The translations under genes and the position numbers were made by a program. The notes under the pieces are model-generated. The model was not told where the DNA came from and did no database searches. It saw only the letters and a program-made list of their open reading frames with translations. A stretch of 64,000 nt of DNA from an uncultured Eubacteriales bacterium (lineage in GTDB: Bacteria > Bacillota > Clostridia > Christensenellales > Borkfalkiaceae). Each line of letters opens with the position of its first letter. Position 1 is the stretch's first letter. Positions 8,563 through 16,576 of the stretch are shown in pieces. The DNA lies in NCBI GenBank assembly GCA_902767225.1, contig CACXGN010000015.1:29526-93525 (forward strand), in the 5' to 3' direction.

Positions 8563-9540
8563 ATGACAAACAAAGAAATTTACAAAAAGACGATCGGGTT
8601 TTCCGTTCGCCGACTGCTTTGGGATACCTTTGCGTTTATTCTGATAATCGGAATTTCGGCTTTGGGATTTTTTCTTGCCGAAAAAGTTTGGGACAGAGGT
8701 CTTATCGGGCTTTTTGTAGGCTTGCTTTTCGGCATAATCGTGCTTGCGATTTTTCTTAAATTCATATCGTATAAATTAAAAGCCGGACAGATTGCCATGA
8801 TGACTCGTGGAATAACCGAAGGCAAACTTGATGGCAACGTTATCGAAGAAGGCAAGAAAGCCGTTAAACAAAGATTTAAGACTGTTGCGGCATACTTCGT
8901 TCTCACTCGCTTGATAAAGGGAATTTTCCACCAGCTTGAAAAGGGGGTTACAAGGCTTGGCAGCGCTATCGGCGGCCAAACGGGCGAAGCGGTAGGTAGT
9001 GCGATAGGTTCTATTATTCAAACGATAGTGGCCTATCTTTGCGACTGTTGCTTAGGCTGGGTATTTTTCAGGGCAGACGTTCACCCCGCGCAGGCAACCT
9101 GCGAAGGTGCGGTAATATTCTTTAAACACGGAAAAACTTTCGCTAAAAACATGGGCAGAGTTTTCGGGATAGGTCTTTTAACGTTTATCCTTATCGTCGG
9201 AGTTATCGGCGGCATAATCTATTTCGTCTTGTGGACGCAAAAAGATATTCTTGCGTCTTTCTATGCGGAAATAGCGGACTTTATAGCAAGGTCGGGCGCA
9301 ACCGGAACGATAGTAGATATTCTTAAAAACCCCGTAACTATTCCTATAGTTATTGCGGCTATCTGCGGGATTTCCATTTGGGGCTTCGTTCATTCCACTT
9401 TCATTAAACCTTATGTGCTGGTCGGCGTTTTAAGGAATTATATCGAGTCGGGTAAAAAAGACATACCGGACAAAGCCAGTTTTGCCGCGCTCGACGCAAA
9501 ATCACCTAAATTCAGAAAACTTCACGAAGAAATCAGATAA
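8563..9540 (+). CDS. multi-pass membrane protein, function unknown
   Basis: 325 aa with several hydrophobic helices. No motif recognised. Confidence 0.5.
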   Translation: MTNKEIYKKTIGFSVRRLLWDTFAFILIIGISALGFFLAEKVWDRGLIGLFVGLLFGIIVLAIFLKFISYKLKAGQIAMMTRGITEGKLDGNVIEEGKKAVKQRFKTVAAYFVLTRLIKGIFHQLEKGVTRLGSAIGGQTGEAVGSAIGSIIQTIVAYLCDCCLGWVFFRADVHPAQATCEGAVIFFKHGKTFAKNMGRVFGIGLLTFILIVGVIGGIIYFVLWTQKDILASFYAEIADFIARSGATGTIVDILKNPVTIPIVIAAICGISIWGFVHSTFIKPYVLVGVLRNYIESGKKDIPDKASFAALDAKSPKFRKLHEEIR

Positions 9541-9594
9541 TTTACTTATTTAAGTGATTAGCAATAGAAGAAAAATATTTTAAGGAAGAAAAAA

Positions 9595-10257
9595 TTGATT
9601 AAAGCGGTATTATTCGATTTAGACGGAACGCTTCTTCCGATGAGCGAAAAAACGTTCACCGAAGGGTATTTCAAAATGTTATGCAAAAAACTTGCGCCAT
9701 TAGGCTACGAGCCGGAAACACTTGTAAAAACCATATGGACAGGCACTAAGGCAATGGTAAATAATGACGGCAAAAAGACAAACGAGCAAGTCTTTTGGGA
9801 AACCTTTGCAAGCATATACGGCACGGAAAAGTTAAAAGACAGAGCCGTTTTTGAAGATTTTTATGCGAACGATTTTAATGGCTCGAAAATCTTTTGCGGA
9901 GAAAACCCGCAGGCGAAAGAGATAATCGAATACGTCAAAGATAAGGGCATAAAGATCGTTCTTGCCACCAACCCGCTTTTTCCGAATTTCGCAATGATAG
10001 TTAGAGCCGGTTTTTTGGGGCTTAACGAAGACGACTTTGACTACGTTTCCGGTTACGAAAATTCCCATTATGCAAAGCCTAACCCGAAATATTATTTAGA
10101 AGTTCTTGAGACGAACGGCTTAAAAGCGGACGAAGTGGTTTACTTTGCAAACAACAAAACCGAAGACTACGATCCCGCAACGAGCGTGGGGATAAAAACC
10201 TTGCTTATTAAAGGCGAAGGATTAACATTAGAAGAAGTTAAAACAGTTTTAGACTAA
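9595..10257 (+). CDS. HAD-superfamily hydrolase
   Basis: 220 aa. DLDGTL motif I at the N-terminus. TTG start after AAGGAAG. Confidence 0.75.
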   Translation: MIKAVLFDLDGTLLPMSEKTFTEGYFKMLCKKLAPLGYEPETLVKTIWTGTKAMVNNDGKKTNEQVFWETFASIYGTEKLKDRAVFEDFYANDFNGSKIFCGENPQAKEIIEYVKDKGIKIVLATNPLFPNFAMIVRAGFLGLNEDDFDYVSGYENSHYAKPNPKYYLEVLETNGLKADEVVYFANNKTEDYDPATSVGIKTLLIKGEGLTLEEVKTVLD

Positions 10258-10267
10258 GGAGAAAATA

Positions 10268-10804
10268 ATGAAAAAAGTTTTGATATTATCTGGAAGCCCG
10301 CGAAAGGGCGGCAACTCCGACCTTCTTTGCGACGAGTTTATGCGCGGTGCGGCGGACGGCGGCAATCAGGTTGAAAAAATAAGAGTTGCCGAAAAGAACG
10401 TAGGGTATTGCACGGGGTGTTATTACTGCCAAAAATCAAAAGGTGTTTGCGCAAAAAAAGACGATATGGCGGAAATACTTCAAAAGATGATAGACGCGGA
10501 CGTTATAGTTTTTTCAAGCCCCGTATATTTTTATTCGATAGACGCGCAACTTAAAACGGTTATCGACAGAACGGTTGCACGCTGGCTTGAAGTTAAAAAT
10601 AAAGAATTTTACTACATAGTTACTTGCGCCGATGAAGAAAAAGAATCGCAAGAACGCACGATAGAGTGTTTCCGCGGATACGCGGACTGCGTAGAAGGGG
10701 CGGTAGAAAAGGGCATAATTTACGGCACGGGCGTATATCAAAAAGGCGAAATACTAGGTAGCCCCGAATACAAAAGGGCTTACGAAATGGGTAAATCCGT
10801 TTAA
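10268..10804 (+). CDS. flavodoxin-like NAD(P)H-dependent FMN reductase family protein
   Basis: 178 aa. LILSGSPRKGGNS motif and a CxxCxxC-like cluster (CTGCYYC). Confidence 0.7.
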   Translation: MKKVLILSGSPRKGGNSDLLCDEFMRGAADGGNQVEKIRVAEKNVGYCTGCYYCQKSKGVCAKKDDMAEILQKMIDADVIVFSSPVYFYSIDAQLKTVIDRTVARWLEVKNKEFYYIVTCADEEKESQERTIECFRGYADCVEGAVEKGIIYGTGVYQKGEILGSPEYKRAYEMGKSV

Positions 10805-10810
10805 GTTCAA

Positions 10811-10840
10811 AAAAAGAAGAGCCATGCGGCTCTTTTTTAT
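10811..10840 (+). terminator. intrinsic terminator
   Basis: AAGAGCC-AUGC-GGCUCUU followed by a U-run. Confidence 0.7.
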
Positions 10841-10863
10841 TTTAAAAACTTATATAAAACCCC

Positions 10864-10918
10864 TTGACAGAAAATATACGGAAGGCATATACTAACAATA
10901 GTTGAATAATTATTCAAC
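10864..10918 (+). promoter_or_regulatory. promoter plus palindromic ArsR/SmtB-type operator
   Basis: TTGACA (10864-10869), 18 bp, TATACT (10888-10893). Immediately followed by the perfect 18-bp palindrome GTTGAATAATTATTCAAC (10901-10918). Confidence 0.65.
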
Positions 10919-10945
10919 CGTTGAAACGGTTGCGAGGTGGAAACA

Positions 10946-11305
10946 ATGAAAGACTTACTTTGCGAAGAAAACTGCGTGCATGAAAATATCGTGGAAAAGG
11001 TAAAAGAAAAACTTCCGGACGAAAATCTTATTTACGATTTAGCCGAACTGTTTAAAGTTTTCGGCGATTCCACAAGGACAAAAATTTTAAGCTGCCTTGA
11101 AGTTTCGCCCCTTTGCGTATGCGATATTTGCGAGTGCCTTAATATGAACAAGTCGGCAATATCTCACCAACTCCGTATTCTCCGTCAGGCAAAACTTGTT
11201 AAAGCCAGAAAAAGCGGAAAAGAAGTGATATATTCGCTTGACGACGAACACGTTTCAAAGATTTTCGAGTGCGGCATTTCTCACCTTTTGGAGGGCAAAA
11301 AATAA
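10946..11305 (+). CDS. ArsR/SmtB-family metal-sensing repressor (CadC/CzrA-like)
   Basis: ELFKVFGDSTRTKIL...CVCDI...ISHQLRILRQAKLV signature. ATG 10946 sits 5 nt after GAGGTGG; the track's GTG at 10937 lies inside that SD. Confidence 0.85.
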   Translation: MKDLLCEENCVHENIVEKVKEKLPDENLIYDLAELFKVFGDSTRTKILSCLEVSPLCVCDICECLNMNKSAISHQLRILRQAKLVKARKSGKEVIYSLDDEHVSKIFECGISHLLEGKK

Positions 11306-11306
11306 T

Positions 11307-11516
11307 ATGAAAAAAGTTTACGATATCGAAGTAGATTGTGCGAACTGTGCCTTAAAGTGCGAACAGGCGATATGCAAAATGAAAGAAGTTTCGGGATGCA
11401 ATATAAATTTTATCGCGCAAAAAATGACGTTAGAGGCAGAAGACCCCGACACGGTTTTAAAATCCGTCGTAAAAACGGCGAGAAAAATCGAGCCGGATTT
11501 TGAAGTAGTTAAATAA
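11307..11516 (+). CDS. stand-alone heavy-metal-associated (HMA) domain protein
   Basis: 69 aa: MKKVYDIEVDCANCALKCEQAICKMKEVSGCNINFIAQKMTLEAED. The DCANCA motif is typical of the N-terminal domain of clostridial Cd/Zn ATPases. The track ORF 11238.. starts too early and would overlap the ArsR gene. Confidence 0.75.
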   Translation: MKKVYDIEVDCANCALKCEQAICKMKEVSGCNINFIAQKMTLEAEDPDTVLKSVVKTARKIEPDFEVVK

Positions 11517-11517
11517 A

Positions 11518-13509
11518 ATGACCAAAAAACAGAAAAAGAACCTTAAAAGGATTTTAATAGGGCTATCCGCGTTTATCGTGATATTACTTGCGGATATAAT
11601 ATTTAAGCACGCTTTTTCGGAAAGATTTCCGTTCGGGCTTGCTTCTATTATAGAAGGTAGTCTCGGCTGGCTTATTCCGTTCGGGCTTTATCTTGCCGTA
11701 TATTTATATATAGGTTTTAAGGTCTTGAAAAAATCCGCGATAAATATTTTGCACGGACAAATCTTCGACGAAAATTTTCTTATGTCCGTCGCAACGATAG
11801 GCGCTTTTGCGCTCGGGATCTATACGGGAATTACTACGGGTAGTCCCGAAGGGTTTGACGAAGCATGCGCGGTAATGCTCTTTTATATGCTCGGCGAGTG
11901 GTTTGAATCCTACGCCGTTATAAAGTCCAGAAAGTCCATAGGGGCGCTGATGGATATTCGTCCGGACGTTGCCAACCTTATTGATAATGACGAAAACATA
12001 ACCACCGTAGATCCGTCCACGGTGAAAGTAGGCGATATAATTCTCGTTCGCCCCGGCGAAAAAATACCGCTCGACGGAGTGATTATATCGGGCAGCAGCG
12101 ATATAGACGCAAAGGCGTTAACGGGGGAATCGCTCCCCGTTTCGGTAAAAGAAAAAGACGCGGTGCTATCCGGCACGGTAAATCTTACCGGAGCGATCAA
12201 GATAAAAACCACGAAAACTTTCGGCGATTCTACCGCTACAAAGATTTTAGAACTTGTGGAAAATGCGTCCGAAAAGAAGTCTAAAACGGAAAATTTTATT
12301 ACGCGGTTTTCAAAATTTTATACTCCGACGGTCGTTTTTGCGGCTATCCTTCTCGCCGTTGTTCCGCCGATCGCGATAGGGCTTTCGGGTGGCGGATATG
12401 CTTTCAGCGTTTGGATATACCGCGCGCTGATGTTCTTGGTCGTATCTTGCCCGTGTGCGCTGGTTATTTCCGTTCCGCTCTCCTTTTTTGCGGGGATAGG
12501 CGGGGCGTCGGCGCAAGGCATTTTGGTCAAAGGTTCGGTGTATTTTGAAAAACTGAATAAGGCGAACATATTCGTATTCGACAAAACGGGCACGCTCACG
12601 AAAGGGAATTTTTCCATAACCGAAGTTTACCCCGAAGAAAATAGGGAAGAAGTTTTATACTATGCAAGCATAGCCGAAAAAGATTCCGTTCACCCCATAG
12701 CGCAGTCTATTAAGGCGGCGGTTTCGGCGGATACGGCTTCTTATAGTTATAAAGAGATCGCGGGGCGCGGAACTATCGCTAAGGGCGAAAAAGAAATTCT
12801 TTGCGGCAACGGAAAACTTATGGAAGAATACGGCGTTGCATATAATAAAGTTTCCGCCGTCGGAACCGTGGTTTACGTTGCGGTAGATAGGAAGTTTATA
12901 GGATATATCGTTATATCCGACCAAGTTAAAGAAGAAACGAAAGAAGTTATTTCAAAATTGCAAGTCGGCGGCGCTAAAACCGTTATGCTGACTGGTGATA
13001 ACGAACGCATTGCAAAAAGCGTCGCGGATAGCGTAGGGATAAGCGAATATAAGGCAAATCTTCTTCCGCAAGGAAAAGCGGAAGAAGTTGAAAAAATGAT
13101 CAATAAAAAGGGCGAAAAAGACGTTTTATGTTACGTTGGCGACGGAATAAACGACGCGCCCGTGCTTATGCTGTCAGACGTAGGTATATCTATGGGCGGA
13201 GTCGGTAGCGACGCGGCGATAGAGGCTTCTGACGTGGTTTTGATAAAAGACGACTTAAAGACCTTGCCGCTTGCAAAATCCACCGCAAAAAAGACTATGC
13301 GCATAGTTTATGAAAACATAGTTTTCGCAATCGCCGTTAAAGTTATAATACTTATTTTATCCGCACTCGGAATAACAAACATGTGGATAGCGGTATTCGG
13401 TGATGTGGGGGTTGCCATCCTTGCGATACTTAATGCAATGCGCGCAAGTTCGGTCGGCAAAAAAAATTTGAAAAAACAAAAAATAATTGTTGACAACGGA
13501 AAAAAATAA
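11518..13509 (+). CDS. heavy-metal (Cd/Zn/Co-type) translocating P1B-type ATPase
   Basis: 663 aa. CPC membrane motif (SCPCALVIS), DKTGTLT phosphorylation site, GDGINDAP hinge. Confidence 0.9.
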   Translation: MTKKQKKNLKRILIGLSAFIVILLADIIFKHAFSERFPFGLASIIEGSLGWLIPFGLYLAVYLYIGFKVLKKSAINILHGQIFDENFLMSVATIGAFALGIYTGITTGSPEGFDEACAVMLFYMLGEWFESYAVIKSRKSIGALMDIRPDVANLIDNDENITTVDPSTVKVGDIILVRPGEKIPLDGVIISGSSDIDAKALTGESLPVSVKEKDAVLSGTVNLTGAIKIKTTKTFGDSTATKILELVENASEKKSKTENFITRFSKFYTPTVVFAAILLAVVPPIAIGLSGGGYAFSVWIYRALMFLVVSCPCALVISVPLSFFAGIGGASAQGILVKGSVYFEKLNKANIFVFDKTGTLTKGNFSITEVYPEENREEVLYYASIAEKDSVHPIAQSIKAAVSADTASYSYKEIAGRGTIAKGEKEILCGNGKLMEEYGVAYNKVSAVGTVVYVAVDRKFIGYIVISDQVKEETKEVISKLQVGGAKTVMLTGDNERIAKSVADSVGISEYKANLLPQGKAEEVEKMINKKGEKDVLCYVGDGINDAPVLMLSDVGISMGGVGSDAAIEASDVVLIKDDLKTLPLAKSTAKKTMRIVYENIVFAIAVKVIILILSALGITNMWIAVFGDVGVAILAILNAMRASSVGKKNLKKQKIIVDNGKK

Positions 13510-13518
13510 TAATATACT
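13490..13518 (+). promoter_or_regulatory. near-consensus promoter for the aro leader
   Basis: TTGACA (13490-13495), 17 bp, TATACT (13513-13518). Overlaps the last codons of the ATPase gene. Confidence 0.65.
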
Positions 13519-13539
13519 GAAAGCGTTGAGGCAAATATT

Positions 13540-13593
13540 ATGAGAAAATCCTTTTTCTTTTATTACGCATATTACTTTAAAAGACCATATTGA
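13540..13593 (+). CDS. candidate Phe/Tyr-rich leader peptide of the aro operon (17 aa)
   Basis: GAGG (13528-13531) lies 8 nt before the ATG. The frame is ATG AGA AAA TCC TTT TTC TTT TAT TAC GCA TAT TAC TTT AAA AGA CCA TAT TGA = MRKSFFFYYAYYFKRPY*. Too short to appear in the ORF track. Confidence 0.6.
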   Translation: MRKSFFFYYAYYFKRPY

Positions 13594-13663
13594 TAATATC
13601 GGTTATTTTTTGCGTATTGCTTAATTTATTTTGAGTATAAAGTGACCGATTGAAAAATCGGTC
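13583..13663 (+). promoter_or_regulatory. attenuator RNA: alternative 1:2, 2:3 (antiterminator) and 3:4 (terminator) helices
   Basis: 1:2 is 13583-13591 with 13595-13603. 2:3 is AUCGGUUAUUUU (13598-13609) with AAAGUGACCGAU (13639-13650), 12 bp. 3:4 is 13644-13651 with 13656-13663. Confidence 0.6.
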
Positions 13664-13674
13664 TTTTTTATTTT
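13644..13674 (+). terminator. intrinsic terminator directly upstream of the DAHP synthase RBS
   Basis: GACCGAUU-GAAA-AAUCGGUC (8 bp, GNRA loop) followed by UUUUUUAUUUU. Confidence 0.8.
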
Positions 13675-13692
13675 ATAAAACGAGGTAACATT

Positions 13693-14709
13693 ATGATTAT
13701 CATCATCAAGAAAGAACACGACGAAAAACAGTTAAACAACCTTATCGGTTGGGTGAAAAAGCAAGGGCTCGAAGTAGACTTATCGGAAGGCAGCCACTCA
13801 TCGGTTTTAGGGCTTATCGGCGACACGAGTAAAATAGATATCGACCTCGTCCGTTCGCTAGATATAGTAGAAAGCGTAAAACGTATCCAAGAACCGTTTA
13901 AGCTTGCTAACCGCAAGTTCCACCCCGAAGACACGATCGTAGACGTTTCGGGAGTAAAGGTCGGCGGCGATAACTTTACGATAATCGCGGGGCCTTGCTC
14001 GGTGGAGAGCGAAAAGCAGATTATCGGGATAGCCGAAGCGGTCAAAAAATCGGGCGCTAAACTTTTGCGCGGCGGAGCGTTTAAGCCGAGAACTTCGCCA
14101 TACTCTTTCCAAGGGTTAAGGGAAACGGGGCTCGAACTTTTGCTTAAAGCGAAAGCGGAAACGGGGCTTCCGATAGTTACCGAAATAATGAGCGTTCGGC
14201 ACATAGATTTATTTAAGGACGTAGACCTTATCCAGATAGGCGCAAGAGACATGCAGAACTACGAACTGTTAAAAGAAGTGGGCAAAACCAAAAAACCCGT
14301 TTTATTAAAGCGCGGATTTGCAAACACCATAGAAGAGTGGCTTATGAGCGCTGAATATATTATGAGTGAAGGCTCAAAAGACGTTATATTATGCGAAAGG
14401 GGAATAAGGACTTTCGAGCCGTATACGAGAAACACTTTGGACCTTTCGGCGGCGCCCGTTTTAAAAGAACTTACCCACTTGCCTTTAATAGTCGATCCGT
14501 CGCACGCGTCGGGGCTTGCAAGGCTTGTTAAACCGTTATCGCTCGCATCCGTCGGCGCGGGTGCGGACGGGCTTATGATAGAAGTGCATAACGATCCGCC
14601 GCACGCACTTTGCGACGGCGCTCAATCCGTTCGCCCCGAACAGTTTGACGACATAGCGAAAAGCGTTAACAACATGCTCCCCATTTGCGGAAAGAAACAG
14701 ATATTATGA
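13693..14709 (+). CDS. aroF: 3-deoxy-7-phosphoheptulonate (DAHP) synthase, type I-beta with N-terminal ferredoxin-like regulatory domain
   Basis: 338 aa. About 70 aa of N-terminal ACT/FL-like domain, then IAGPCSVES...KPRTSPYSFQG...DPSH motifs as in Thermotoga-type DAHPS. Confidence 0.9.
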   Translation: MIIIIKKEHDEKQLNNLIGWVKKQGLEVDLSEGSHSSVLGLIGDTSKIDIDLVRSLDIVESVKRIQEPFKLANRKFHPEDTIVDVSGVKVGGDNFTIIAGPCSVESEKQIIGIAEAVKKSGAKLLRGGAFKPRTSPYSFQGLRETGLELLLKAKAETGLPIVTEIMSVRHIDLFKDVDLIQIGARDMQNYELLKEVGKTKKPVLLKRGFANTIEEWLMSAEYIMSEGSKDVILCERGIRTFEPYTRNTLDLSAAPVLKELTHLPLIVDPSHASGLARLVKPLSLASVGAGADGLMIEVHNDPPHALCDGAQSVRPEQFDDIAKSVNNMLPICGKKQIL

Positions 14710-15557
14710 AAGTAGGAATTATAGGATTAGGGCTTATGGGCGGCTCTTTCGGAAAAACGCTCGTTAAAGCCGGAAAGCACACGGTATACGGAGCGGACGC
14801 TCTAGATAGCGTTATGTTAAAAGCCGAAATGGTTAAGGCTATAAACTTTAAACTTGACGAAAAGTCCGCAAAAGAAATCGACCTTTTAGTCGTCGCGGTA
14901 ACGCCCGATAAGGCGGAAGAAGTTATGAAAAAATACCTTCCGTATCTTAAAAACGGCGCGATCGTAACCGATTTTTGCGGAATAAAAAGAAAGATAGTAT
15001 CTTGTATGGAAAGACTATCGAAAGAATATCCGAACGTAACCTTTATCGGCGGGCATCCCATGGCGGGTCGGGAATTTTCTGGGATAGACCACTCCACGGC
15101 TACTCTTTTTGAAAACGCGTCTATGATACTCGTTAACGTCAACGCGGATATATTCACGCTAGATACCGTTAAACAGTTCTTTTTATCGGTTGGATTTAAA
15201 AACGTGGAGATATGCTCTGCCGAAACGCACGATAATAGGATCGCGTTCACTTCGCAACTTTGCCATATAGTATCCAACGCGTTCATCAAAAACAAAAGCG
15301 CCGAAGTGCACGACGGGTTTTCTGCGGGAAGTTATAAGGATATGACGCGCGTCGCAAGGTTAAACCCCGAAATGTGGGCGGATTTAATGACGGAAAACGC
15401 GGACTATCTTTTAAATGAACTTACCGAACTTTTGGATAATCTTAATAAATATAAAGTCGCCCTAAGTTTAAGCGACAGAGAAGAACTGAAAAAACTTCTT
15501 AAAGATGGCAACGACAGAAAACTTGCCATCGACGTTAAATCGCAGAAAAAGGATTAA
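14706..15557 (+). CDS. tyrA: prephenate dehydrogenase
   Basis: MKVGIIGLGLMGGSFG Rossmann motif and GGHPMAG motif. ATGA overlap with the aroF stop. The track start at 14685 lies inside aroF. Confidence 0.9.
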   Translation: MKVGIIGLGLMGGSFGKTLVKAGKHTVYGADALDSVMLKAEMVKAINFKLDEKSAKEIDLLVVAVTPDKAEEVMKKYLPYLKNGAIVTDFCGIKRKIVSCMERLSKEYPNVTFIGGHPMAGREFSGIDHSTATLFENASMILVNVNADIFTLDTVKQFFLSVGFKNVEICSAETHDNRIAFTSQLCHIVSNAFIKNKSAEVHDGFSAGSYKDMTRVARLNPEMWADLMTENADYLLNELTELLDNLNKYKVALSLSDREELKKLLKDGNDRKLAIDVKSQKKD

Positions 15558-15559
15558 GT

Positions 15560-16576
15560 ATGAAAAGTTTGCGAGTTAAAACCCAAAGCGAATACGAAGT
15601 AACTATTACGGATAGCCTTGCCGCTTTTACCGAAAAAGTATCCCTGCTTATAAAGGGCGATCTTGTGGCGGTTATAACCGATAGCAACGTAGACGGGATA
15701 TATAAAAACGAAATAGAAAATTCGCTTACCGGTAAAAAGGTCATTAAATTCGTCGTTCCCGCGGGGGAAGAAAGCAAGAACGTGGAAAATTATTTAAAGA
15801 TATTAAACGGGCTTGCGGATAACGGATTTACGAGAGAAGATACGGTAATAACTTTCGGCGGCGGAGTAGTGGGGGATCTGGGCGCGTTCGTCGCTTCCAC
15901 CTATATGCGCGGAATAAAGCTTATAGCGGTTCCTACCACGCTGCTTTCTATGGTGGATTCTTCAGTCGGCGGTAAAACCGCAATTAACCTTGAAAAGGGC
16001 AAAAACCTTTGCGGAACTTTCTATCAGCCGAGCGCCGTTTATATTAACACGGGGTTTTTGAAAACCCTTCCTAAAAAGGAAGTTTTGTGTGGCTTAGGCG
16101 AGATATTAAAATACCGCTTTATTTCAAAAGACGCAAAAATAGATATTTCAAAAATAGACGAAGACCTTATTTATAAGTGCTTGAAAATAAAAGCGGATAT
16201 AGTTTCAAAAGACGAAAAAGAGAGCGGAAAAAGAAAACTTCTAAACTTCGGGCATACCTTCGGACACGCTATCGAAAAACTTTCCCACTTTACTATTCCG
16301 CACGGAATATGCGTTGCAAAGGGTATCGTTTATGCGTTAAAAATTTCCGAAAAATATTTTGGGACTTCCGAAAAAGTAAGAAAAGATTATATTCTCACCG
16401 CAGAAAATTTAGGCATAGACGTTTCGTGCGAGTATGATTTAAACGAACTTATATCTCTTATTTCAATCGACAAAAAGCGGTCGGGAAAAGGTGCGGACTT
16501 CGTGCTTATAGACGATAAATTTCGTCCCGAAATCGTGAATATTTTACTATCGGAGATAAAAGGATATATTTTATGA
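15560..16576 (+). CDS. aroB: 3-dehydroquinate synthase
   Basis: 338 aa. GGGVVGDLGAF, PTTLLSMVDSSVGGKT and FGHTFGHAIE motifs. Confidence 0.9.
   Translation: MKSLRVKTQSEYEVTITDSLAAFTEKVSLLIKGDLVAVITDSNVDGIYKNEIENSLTGKKVIKFVVPAGEESKNVENYLKILNGLADNGFTREDTVITFGGGVVGDLGAFVASTYMRGIKLIAVPTTLLSMVDSSVGGKTAINLEKGKNLCGTFYQPSAVYINTGFLKTLPKKEVLCGLGEILKYRFISKDAKIDISKIDEDLIYKCLKIKADIVSKDEKESGKRKLLNFGHTFGHAIEKLSHFTIPHGICVAKGIVYALKISEKYFGTSEKVRKDYILTAENLGIDVSCEYDLNELISLISIDKKRSGKGADFVLIDDKFRPEIVNILLSEIKGYIL

Noticed and set aside
11238-11306. 5' extension of the HMA ORF given in the track (start 11238)
   Set aside because: It would overlap the ArsR gene by 68 nt in another frame. ATG 11307 gives the canonical MKKVY..DCANCA start immediately after the ArsR stop.
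13668-15295. Long minus-strand track ORFs (13668..14252 and 14666..15295) antisense to aroF/tyrA
   Set aside because: Ser/Pro/Ile-rich shadow frames opposite genes with unambiguous enzyme motifs.
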